64,000 nucleotides of DNA from Octopus vulgaris. Its lineage: Eukaryota. The notes below the pieces were generated by a model. It was not told where the DNA came from, did not search any database, and saw only the letters and a program-made list of their open reading frames with translations. Position numbers and translations under genes: made by a program. Positions 54,248 through 64,000 of this stretch are shown here, in pieces (the first letter of the stretch is position 1; each line of letters begins with the position of its first letter). Location of the stretch: contig OX597818.1 in NCBI GenBank assembly GCA_951406725.2, forward strand, positions 98,022,001 through 98,086,000, in the 5' to 3' direction.

Positions 54248-54700
54248 GCGTAGAAGTGGCTGTGTGGTAAGTAGCTTGCTTACCAACCACATGGTTCCGG
54301 GTTCAGTCTCACTGCGTGGCACCTTGGGCAAGTATCTTCTACTATAGCCTCGGGTCGACCAAAGCCTTGTGAATGGATTTGGTAGAGGGAAACTGAAAGA
54401 AGCCCGTCGTATATATGTATGTATATATATATATGTGTGTGTATGTGTGTGTGTGTGTGCGTGTGTGTGTGTGTGTGCGTGTGCATGTGTGTGTATCTTT
54501 TGTGTGCTTTGTTTGTTCCCCAACATCGCTTGACAACCGACGCTGGTGTGTTTACGTCCCCGTAACTTAGCGGTTCGGTAAAAGAGACCGATAGAATAAG
54601 TACTAGGCTTACAAAGAATGAGTCCTGCGGTCGATTTGCTCGACTAAAGGCGGTGCTCCAGCATGGCCACAGTCACATGACTGAAACAAGTAAAAGAATA
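54248..54700 (+). mobile_element. SINE family B, full length
   Basis: Family B homology. Confidence 0.92.
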
Positions 54701-55069
54701 TACTTGCAGACCAGAAGCTGGAGTATGTCCCTCAGAGGTGGCATGCTAATTATCGAATTGCTCTACCTTGGCCGCAGTCCTGAGTATCAATATGCATAGT
54801 AGCAGCACCGTCCTAGATGTGCGAGTTGTACATCACTGGGTATTTTACTTGGGTCTTGTAGAATGCCTGTTAGAGACTGAAATATCTTCTGGCCCAAAGA
54901 GAAGGGATTGTCTTTGGAATGCAGTCCTTGCTATACTAAGGATGTGTTCTCGCCAGGAGTGATCCTCAGTGACAATGGAAAACGATATTTGAAATTCTAG
55001 CGGTGTGCTATACACCATATATATATATATATATTATACATCTATTACAATGAATATTTAATGTATATA

Positions 55070-55460
55070 AGGCGGCGAGCTGGCAGAAACGTTAGCACGC
55101 CGGACGAGATGCTTAGCGGTATTTCGTATGCCGCTACATTCTGAGTTCAAATTCCGCCGAGGTCGACTTTGCCGTTCATCCTTTCGGGGTCGATTAAATA
55201 AGTACCAGTTACGCACTGGAGTCGATATAATCGACTTAATCCGTTTGTCTGTCCTTGTTTGTCCTCTCTGTGTTTAGCCCCTTGTGGGTCGTAAAGAAAT
55301 AGGTATTTCGTCTGCCGCTGCGTTCTGAGTTCAAATTCCGCCGAGGTCAATTTTGCCTTTCATCCTTTTGGGGTCGATAAGTTAAGTACCAGTTGCGTAC
55401 TGGAGTCGATCTAATCGACTGTCCCCCTCCCAAAACATTTTAGGCCTTGAGTAGAAAAGA
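55070..55460 (+). mobile_element. SINE family A, dimeric copy
   Basis: One head and two body units; mirrors 5412-5790. Confidence 0.9.
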
Positions 55461-56372
55461 ATATTTAATGTACGACGTATATTGTAGAGTAAGTGGAAAT
55501 CTTACAGTGCAGGGGTTCTCTTGTGTTGTCAGGCAGGCCTATGATAAAAAGTATTCCATATATATTCATACTATCCAGTATAATAGCGTCCATTAGTCTT
55601 TCAGCTGCTATTTCTACAAAGTTCCCTGAACAGCATACAGTTCTCCTTGTTAGCATGTGTAAATGTTGTTGACGTTAGCCTCATGTCTGCCTCGAAAGGG
55701 TAGATCTTACGCAATTCAACCATGTTCATCCCGTCCTTTCTTTCTCCGAATATTTGTTATGTCGAACTACATTGTCCAGCATTTTCCTTATTCTTAAAAC
55801 GGTGGGATGTTATCAGAAGAATTTCTAAAAAGTTGAACAACCATGTAAAATATTTGCTTAGTCAGTACAGCAGTGCTTCTATAATGGTGGTGGTGGTAGT
55901 GGTGGTGATAAACTCGTGAAATTAGGAAACTCGTTACTTTCCCATGAGTTTTAAATCATTTTTGGTGACTCATAATGGACTCTGTTTTTGGAAAAACCCT
56001 ATGGAATTTTTCTTCAACGCCGTACGCTTTATTTAATGAATAAAAACAATGCTGAAATACGACAAAGTAGGTACGCGTATTTTGTTTGAACTTAAAAATA
56101 GCTGCAGTGAAATTGTGTCAGTGAAATGCAGATCTCAGATGTGTAACGAGAACTCGGGCACTCAAGCAAAGAAACTAAAAGTGAACAGGTATGGCTGTAT
56201 GGTTAAGAAGCTCGCTTTCCAACCACATGGTTTTCGGTTCGATCACACAGCATAGCACTTCTACTATATCTTCAGATCCACTGACAACTTGTGAATGAAT
56301 TTGGTATACGGAAACAGTGGAAACCCGTTGAGTAAATTTATATATATATGTTTATGAATATATATATGTTTA

Positions 56373-56417
<45 letters not shown>

Positions 56418-56539
56418 CTTACACACACACACACACATATATATATATACATACATGCATGCATGCATACATACATACATACATACATACATACATACAT
56501 ACATACATACATACATACATACGCACACATATATATGTA

Positions 56540-56910
56540 ATGGAAGCGCAATGGCCCAGTGATTACGGCAGCGGTCGTAGGGCCGCGGTTTTGATTCCCA
56601 GACCGGGTGTTGTGGGTGTTTATTGAGCAAAAACACCTAAATCTCCTCGAGACTCCGGCAGGGGTAGTGGTGCATCCTGCTGTAGTCTTTCACACAACTG
56701 TCTCTCATTTTTCTTCCTGTTTCTGTTGTACCTGTATTTCAAAGGGCCAGCCTTGTCACACTCAGTGTCATGCTGAATCTCCCCGAGAACTACGTTAAGG
56801 GTACACGTGTCTGTGGAGTGCTCAGCCACTTGTACGTTGATTTCACGAGCAGGCTGTTCCGTTGATCGGATCAACTGGAACCCTCATCGTCGTAACCGAT
56901 GGAGTGCCAC
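56540..56910 (+). mobile_element. SINE family C (head b, tail 2)
   Basis: tggcccagtg head; tail shared with 15825-16000. Confidence 0.85.
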
Positions 56911-57114
56911 GTTATATGTAATCAAAGCTAGTGACTTGCTTTTGCACGAAGATCTGGGTCCTTCTGGCTGGCGAGACATATGTTGAAACTTGAAAAACCG
57001 GTGCTCCATTGAGCCAACTGTATTATGAATACAATCATAGTAAAAGGGATTTGTTTAACTGTGACGAACAGAACAACGACTAGCGTATTTGTGCATGGAT
57101 CTGACGGAACATAT

Positions 57115-57330
57115 TGGTTTCAAATTTTTGCACAAAGCCAGCAATTTGGGGAAGTAAAAGGGGTTACGTGGATTACATCGACCCCAGTGCTCAACTGGTA
57201 CTTATTTTATCGATCCGAGACGATGAAGGGCAAAATCGACCTCTGTGGAAATTAAACTCAGAATGTAAAGACGGATGAAATGCCGCTGAGTATTTTCCGG
57301 CGTGCTAACAGTTCTGTCAGACCACCGCTT
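57115..57330 (-). mobile_element. Diverged SINE family A
   Basis: Family A homology. Confidence 0.8.
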
Positions 57331-57362
57331 TAATCTGCTGAACTATATTAAGAATAAATATA

Positions 57363-57580
57363 CGATGGAGGCACTGAAAAGTTCCTGACTTTGGGCAAAA
57401 GAAAATACAGGCAGATCAGTTAATTATGATTTTATTCAATATATTACTCTTTCAGATTCACACACTTATTGAAGTGGTCCTTCAGCTTTTCTAAGCTCTG
57501 TAAAAGAACTCGGAAGGTTGGGCCCCCAACCAGGCCTTTCGCGACACCCTTAAAGCCAGGAACTTTTCAGCACTTTCTCG
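57363..57580. mobile_element. Mariner-derived MITE
   Basis: TA-cgatggaggcactgaaaagttcctgacttt ... aaagccaggaacttttcagcactttctcg-TA. Confidence 0.8.
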
Positions 57581-57663
57581 TACAATTCATCGTTTCAGAC
57601 CTTACTGTACACAATGCAAATAACAATATGAGTGTGTGTGTATGTATGTGTGTGCGTGCGCGC

Positions 57664-57706
<43 letters not shown>

Positions 57707-58089
57707 TTTCTCTTTGTTCCTTCCTATCGCTTGAGCCCTGGTGTCAGTTTGTTTACGTCTTCATAACTTAGCGGTTTTGCAATACAATAAATACCAGACT
57801 TTATAAACAAAATTGCTGGGTCTATTTATGCGAATAAACCCTCTCTAAGACAGTGCCCCATCCTAGCTGCTGTCCTATGCCTGAAACTAGTATAAGAAAA
57901 TGATATATATTTTATATAAGATCACAGACATCGCCTGTTCTTAAATGCCTACATTGGCTCTCCCAAGAGAAAGCTGCTTATGTTTCAACGCACATTCTCT
58001 GATCAACGCACTTGTTACAGAAATACAACACCAAAATAACACATTTTCGTTTCGCGAACGTTATTGCATAGGTTGTAGTCTCCGCCTCG

Positions 58090-58238
58090 TGTCGTCGCCG
58101 CAGCCGCCGCTGCCGTCTTCGTCGTCGTCGTCGTTTTCGTCGTCGTCGTTTTCGTCGTCGTCTTCGTCGTCGTCGTCTTCGTCGTCGTCGTCGTCTTCGT
58201 CGTCGTCGTCGTCGCCATAGCTGTCGCTGTCGTTGTTG
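58090..58238. repeat. (GTC)n/(TTC) trinucleotide repeat
   Basis: Directly visible. Confidence 0.95.
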
Positions 58239-58341
58239 AACTTAGTTTTTCTTCTTTTTTGTTTCTCCTCTATTTCCTCTTTATCTTTTTTATCTCATGT
58301 CCCCTCCACCATCATACTTCGTGACATATCTTACATACATA

Positions 58342-58577
58342 AGACCCCAGGACTTATTCTTTGTAAGCCTAGTACTTATTCTATCGGTCTCTCTTGCCGA
58401 ACCGCTAGGTGACGGGGACGTAAACACACCAGCATCGGTTGTCAAGCGATGTTGGGGGGACAAACACAGACACACAAACATATACACACACATACATATA
58501 TACGTATATATATATATATACGTATATACGACGGGCTTCTTCCAGTTTCCGTCTACCAAATCCACTCACAAGGCTTT
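58342..58577 (-). mobile_element. SINE family B, internal fragment
   Basis: Family B homology; ends in (TATG)n. Confidence 0.88.
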
Positions 58578-59338
58578 GTATGTATGTATGTATGTATGTA
58601 TGTATGTATGTATGTATGTATGCATGTATGTATTTATGTATGTATGTATGTATGTATGTATGTATGTATGTATGTATGTATGTATTATGTATGTATGTAT
58701 GTATGTATGTATGTATGTATGTATGTATGTATGTATGTATGCAAGCATGCATATGTATATATATTTCGTTGACGAAAAGCAATGGCGATCCAATATTCAT
58801 GATCGAATCTACCAAAAAACATTAAGAATGAGTAGATATGTTAATTCTTTTTAATCTTGCTGCTTTTCACGAGCCCCATCAATTATTTTCTGTCTGTCAG
58901 ACACCAATACAATCAGTAGATTATTTGTTTGCTGATTCCAATAATAAAGAGCTCATAAGGTGATTAGATTCATCAGACCAGTGAGGTGGCTCCCACTGAG
59001 AAGACACCCAAACAAGGTCGAAACACCGCAGTATTTCGAAGTGACCTTACTCCGATGTATCGGGTTTGTTTTGAACAAACATCGTCTAAAGGAAAGAGGT
59101 GTTTTCTGATGACGGAAAACAACTATGATCAGATATTCACGCTCGAATCTATCAGAGCATTTTCAGAAAAAAATAGAAGTGCTGGTGCTTGAAGTAATTA
59201 TTTTAAGCTTGGGTATACACTTGGTAGTATGCCGTTTAAAGGACATCTTCGGCTACATGATGTCACCAACAGTATGGATATAAGTGCCATTGGATAAACT
59301 TCAGCAATTCCATTCTCGCACTCATTTGTGATACACAC

Positions 59339-59378
<40 letters not shown>

Positions 59379-59503
59379 ACACACACATACAGTATATGCA
59401 TGAATAGTTTCTGTTGATATATGTATATATATATGTATATCTGTTGATATATATATATATATATATGTATGTATATCTGTTGATATATAAATATATATAT
59501 ATG

Positions 59504-59534
<31 letters not shown>

Positions 59535-59819
59535 ATTTTAATATTATCTGAGTAATAACCTTATACTGTTCTTTCCGAAGCTCCCCTCGGGTATCGGCTA
59601 GCAGATGCTACCATTCACTAGGACTTCATCTTTTATTGAATATACATTTGAAAATCTGAAAGTAACGGTAGCGTATATTCAAAAGAACTTTAATACGAGA
59701 ATATGGAATGAACAGGCTTTATTACACATACAAATTATAAGTATGTATTTATACAAACACGCGCGCGCGCGCGCACATAGACACACATACACACACACAC
59801 ATATACACATACATATATA

Positions 59820-60237
59820 TAGGCGTAGGCGTGGCTGTATGGTAAGGAGCTTGCTTAACAACCACATGGTTCCAGGTTCAGTCCCACTGCGTGGCACCTT
59901 GGGCAAGTGTCCTCTACTATAGCCCCGGGCCGACCAAAGCCTTGTGAGTGGATTTGGTAGACGGAAACTGAAAGAAGCCCGTCGTAAATATGTATATATA
60001 TATATATATGTATGTGTGTGTGCATGTGTTTGTGTGTCTGTTTTTGTCCCTCAACATCGCTTGACAACAGATGCTGGTGTGTTTACATTCCCGTAACTTA
60101 GCGGTTCGGCAAAAGAGAACGATAGACTAAGTACTAGGTTTACAAAGAATATGTCCTTGGGTCGATTTGCGTGACTAAAGGCTGTGCTCCAGCATGGGTA
60201 CAGTCAAATGACTGAAATAAGTAAAAGAGTAAAAGAA
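59820..60237 (+). mobile_element. SINE family B, full length
   Basis: Family B homology. Confidence 0.92.
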
Positions 60238-60262
60238 TATATATGTATATATGTATATATAT

Positions 60263-60954
60263 AGATGAGGAAGTTGGTTTGTGAAAGTACGTGGTTGAAT
60301 ATATAGAAAATAGTAAAAAGTGAAAAAACTACAGAAGGCTTGTTTTAAAAGGTTAAAAAATATATATTTGAGTCAATATGTCTGAAGAATATTATAAATT
60401 TTTTTCTTACAATGACATAGTTTAGAAGAAATGACCGGTTTCGCGTTTAGCTTTTCAAATTTCTTACATCGTTATGTTTATGTTGAGAAGAGTAATCGTT
60501 ATGTTCATGTTGAAAAGAGTTCTAGATAAGGGGAGGTAATAAGTGATTTCTTCCGGTGTAAGGGAGATAATCGCTTAAAATCTTTTGCCTTTCCTTTGGG
60601 GTGAATTTCTCTGTATAAGTATGTTGGAATGGTTATGTCTGGGCTTGTACTTTTCAATGAAGAATCTTTCCTTGTTTAGTCTAATTTGTGTTGGTGTTCC
60701 GATAGCACATTGGTAAAATGGAAAGATTAAAAATTGTGGCAGTAGTTGCTTTGCGCATTTCTCAATGTGCTCACTAAAAGGTATCATTCTGTATTCTGGG
60801 AATGCAATCTGTTGTCGATGCAGTGTGCATCTACGTCTGAGTGATAGTCCCGTGGATCCCACGTAGTCTTGGTGGCAGCCCGAGCATTTTATGACATAAA
60901 TTATGTTTTCAGAGGCACAAGTAAAATTAGATTTGATCTTGAATTTCTGTCATA

Positions 60955-60955
<1 letters not shown>
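60263..60955 (-). mobile_element. 5'-truncated Penelope-like element: open GIY-YIG domain and 3' pLTR, in (TA)n
   Basis: QKFKIKSNFTCASENIIYVIKCSGCHQDYVGSTGLSLRRRCTLH..FSEHIEKCA..FLIFPFYQ..KERFFIEKYKPRHN. Confidence 0.9.
60426..60465 (-). ncRNA. Minimal type I hammerhead, U3:A8 variant
   Basis: AAGAAAT-TTGAAAA-GC(TAAAC)GC-GAAAC-CG-GTC-ATTTCTT; perfect 7-bp stem I, GUC triplet. Confidence 0.75.
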
Positions 60956-60997
<42 letters not shown>

Positions 60998-61003
60998 AAA
61001 AGA

Positions 61004-61048
<45 letters not shown>

Positions 61049-61148
61049 ATAAAAGATGAAGTCCTAGTGAATGGTAGCATCTGCTAGCCGATACCCGAGG
61101 GGAGCTTCGGAAAGAACAGTATAATGTTATTACTCAGATAATATTAAA

Positions 61149-61204
<56 letters not shown>

Positions 61205-61323
61205 GTATAAATAATAATTTCTGTCCCTCTTTGTGTAAATACATACTTATATATGTTTGTATAAATACATACTTATGTATGTATATATATATATACATAT
61301 ATACATACACACACATAGGTATG

Positions 61324-61384
<61 letters not shown>

Positions 61385-61556
61385 TAGTTATCGCCATACT
61401 AATATGGCATTCTTATAAAAATAAGAAAAAAGAAAAAAGCTGTCCGCTTATTAGCTCCATGAGGCCATCGCCTTAAGTTAGCTATTTGATACACAAACTG
61501 TATCCATATAACCTTCGAACAAGGGAGGTCAGTCGCTCCACACTACTTGACCGGCA

Positions 61557-61598
61557 GCTACAGACGCGTTTCGGGGTATTGCCCCTTTTCAATGCAGC
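61557..61598 (-). ncRNA. Minimal type I hammerhead, U3:A8 variant
   Basis: GCTGCA-TTGAAAA-GGGG(CAATA)CCCC-GAAAC-GC-GTC-TGTAGC; all three stems form. Confidence 0.82.
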
Positions 61599-61646
61599 GT
61601 AGCCAGCCAGTAGGTGTCGCTTCCGACAATCTCTGTTCGATGGTTT

Positions 61647-61692
61647 TATTTACCTAGTTTCGGTGGAATACATCCACTTGTTTTCAATAATA
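61647..61692 (-). ncRNA. Second, looser U3:A8 hammerhead-like motif in the same monomer
   Basis: TATTA-TTGAAAA-CAA-GTGGA(TGTAT)TCCAC-C-GAAAC-TAG-GTA-AATA. Confidence 0.5.
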
Positions 61693-62473
61693 GAAATATT
61701 AAAATAACTAAGTCTCTCTAAAAGAGAACAGCGGCAGCGTTCCCGGAAAATAATAGTTATCGCCATACTAATATGGCATTCTTATAAAAATAAGAAAAAA
61801 GAAAAAAGCTGTCCGCTTATTAGCTCCATGAGGCCATCGCCTTAAGTTAGCTATTTGATACACAAACTGTATCCATATAACCTTCGAACAAGTAGTGTCA
61901 GCGACTGACCTCCTTGTTCGAAGGTACAGATACGTTTGTGTATCAAATAGCTAACTTTTCAAGGCATAGCCAGCATGGTGTCGCTTCCGACAATCTTTTC
62001 GATGGTTTTTTTACTTATTTTCGGTAAGAATGCATCCACTTGTTTTCAATAATAGAAATATTAAAATATCTAAGTTCTCTAAAAGAGACTTAGCGGCATT
62101 TTAATATTTCTATTATTGAAAACTAATATGGATGTATTCCACTGAAACTAGGTAAATAAAAATCGAACAAGATGTCGCTTATTAGCTCCATGAGGCCATC
62201 GCTGCTTGAAGTTAGCTAATACACAAACTGTATCTATAACCTTCGAACAAGTAGTGTGGAGCGACTGACCTCCCTTGTTCGAAGGTTATATGGATACAGT
62301 TTGTGTATCAAATAGCTAACTTAAGGCGATGGCCTCATGGAGCTAATAAGCGGACAGCTTTTTTCTTTTTTCTTATTTTTATAAGAATGCCATATTAGTA
62401 TGGCGATAACTATTATTTTCCGGGAACGCTGCCGCTGTTCTCTTTTAGAGAGACTTAGTTATTTTAATATTTC

Positions 62474-62508
<35 letters not shown>

Positions 62509-63099
62509 CACATATATATATATATATACATATACATATGCACATAGATGTATACACACGCAGACAATTTAACAACTGATGACTCAATTTAATTTTTTTC
62601 AATCCATTAGAAGCAATGAAACGAGCCAGTCTAAGTGCTTAACAAAGGAAATTTACACCGAAGTGTTACGGGAAATTGGAAAACACAGTCGAAATGCAAA
62701 AACAGTTTAGTAAGGAGTTTCAAACAGATCCAATTACGTCACTTGCCATCGCTTGAATTAGTTTTAATGCAATCATCAGTGTTTAGAATGTCCACAAGTA
62801 ACCTTCTAGAAGGCCACGGACCTCGCCGACCTCCACAAAATAAGATTAGGTAGCAGAAACATTTTGTTAGAGTGAAAGAAAATCTTTGCAGCAAGTGTGT
62901 CGTGACAGAAATTTCAAAATGAAGTGTTCATTACATTTTGGGGCGTTGTCATTCGAAAACTTTCACTCCAAGAATAATGTATGTTCTCTAATGATGCTGA
63001 TCCAGATCGAAGAGTGGAGTTTTGTGAATGGTATTTGGCATGTAAAAGGGAATGCGTTCCAATAAAGATTGTTTGGAGTGATGAGGCTACATCTAAATT

Positions 63100-63313
63100 G
63101 GTTTCAAATTTTGGCTCCAAGCCAACAATTTCGGGGGAAGGCTAAGTCGATGACAGCGATCCCAATGCTCAACGTGCACTTGTTTAATCGACCCCGAAGA
63201 GATGAAAGGCAACGCCATCCCCGGCGGAATTTGAGCTCAGAATGTAGAGACGGATGAAATCCTGCTAAGCATTTTGCTCGGCGTATTAACGATTCTGCCA
63301 GCTCGCCACCTTA
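63100..63313 (-). mobile_element. Diverged SINE family A inside the transposase
   Basis: Diverged TSD aggctacatctaaatt (63084) / aggctgcatttaactt (63314). Confidence 0.8.
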
Positions 63314-63489
63314 AGGCTGCATTTAACTTAATTGGTTCAATTAACCGCCACAACTGCACCTATTCGAAACCTGAGAATCCACACATTATGGAGTACCATG
63401 TTAACTTATCTGGAGTTACAATATATGCTTCTTGCTTGCTTCATGCTCTTGCTTGGTGGTGCTGTGTCATCTAAGATTTGTGGTCCCAG

Positions 63490-63640
63490 AGACGTGATCA
63501 TGCGTAAAGCCGACCAGATCCATCAGTGCTCTCTATCGCTGGCGGTCCCGTACCAGCCCTTCTGCATCCTCCAAGGTGACGCCAAGCCTCTGGAGATCTT
63601 CCTAAATAACGGGGCCTGCCACAAAGCCTCTTCCAGTCCG
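63490..63640 (-). mobile_element. Short LINE 3'-end fragment (RTE-like)
   Basis: EDLQRLGVTLEDAEGLVRDRQR*RALMDLV on the minus strand. Confidence 0.5.
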
Positions 63641-64000
63641 CAGTTACTGCGTCGAATGAGAGCAAAATCCTAGTTGGATGATCTAGCAGAAGACGGAGGA
63701 CAATGATGGTACTGCGACTGGTTCAATGTTCACGAACTTACAGAGACAATCTTTCATACCAAGTATTCAAGAGGGTGATGTGGAGTTTTATTTCCAGCAA
63801 GATGTAACACTTGCAAAATGTAACATAGAAATGTAAGGGCCTACCTTGATAAAACTCTTGCTAAACGGGTGGGTAGGACGAAGAGGTTCAATCGAATACA
63901 CTCCGCGTTCAACGGCGCTCACACCACTACACTTTTCTGATGGAAATATTTTAAAGATAATGTTTACGGTAAAAAGAAACCGGTAACAGTCGACGAACTG

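Larger units (their letters stand above)
61379..62479. mobile_element. 369-bp-period tandem and inverted non-coding repeat with hammerheads (retrozyme-like or solo pLTR array)
   Basis: taatagttatcgccatac at 61382 and 61751; inverted copy at ~62251-62479; flanked by (TA)n. Confidence 0.8.
62600..64000 (+). mobile_element. DD41D (rosa-like) transposase pseudogene with nested inserts, running off the window
   Basis: [55 protein letters not shown]. Confidence 0.8.

Noticed and set aside
55495-55560. Possible minus-strand microexon (tcatag..gtaaga)
   Set aside because: Splice-like motifs only, expected by chance in AT-rich DNA.
58990-59040. Hammerhead-like CTGAGAA-GAC..GTC-GAAAC
   Set aside because: Uncompensated G8A change and no stem I pairing.
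61055-61095. SECIS-like ATGA..AA..GA spacing in the inverted-repeat arm
   Set aside because: The required helix between the quartet and the apical loop does not pair adequately.

Overview
This is AT-rich, microsatellite-saturated metazoan non-coding DNA. The SINE repertoire and the (TA)n/(CA)n/(TATC)n/(TATG)n load suggest an octopus genome, which is an inference. No intact host gene is recognisable, and nearly all ORFs in the track are translated microsatellites or decayed transposons. The window is a layered TE graveyard: at least four tRNA-derived SINE groups (about 35 copies), Tc1, mariner, DD41D (rosa-like), IS630-like, Chapaev3-like and hATm-like DNA transposon remnants, MITEs, two non-autonomous Helitrons, CR1-like, RTE-like and R4/Dong LINE fragments, and three Penelope-like (PLE) GIY-YIG remnants. 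The most notable signal is about a dozen type I hammerhead ribozyme (HHR) motifs read by eye, mostly in elements embedded in (TA)n arrays, in three groups. (i) Canonical C3:G8 cores (CUGAUGA and decayed variants) in PLE pseudo-LTR-like DNA. (ii) A recurrent compensatory U3:A8 core (UUGAAAA) downstream of one type of GIY-YIG ORF and in a 369-bp tandem retrozyme-like repeat. (iii) A tRNA-headed SINE ending in an HHR, arranged head-to-head with a truncated inverted copy. There are also several foldback inversions centred on or bounded by (TA)n. All folds and family calls are manual, and SINE boundaries are approximate (within about 10-20 bp).
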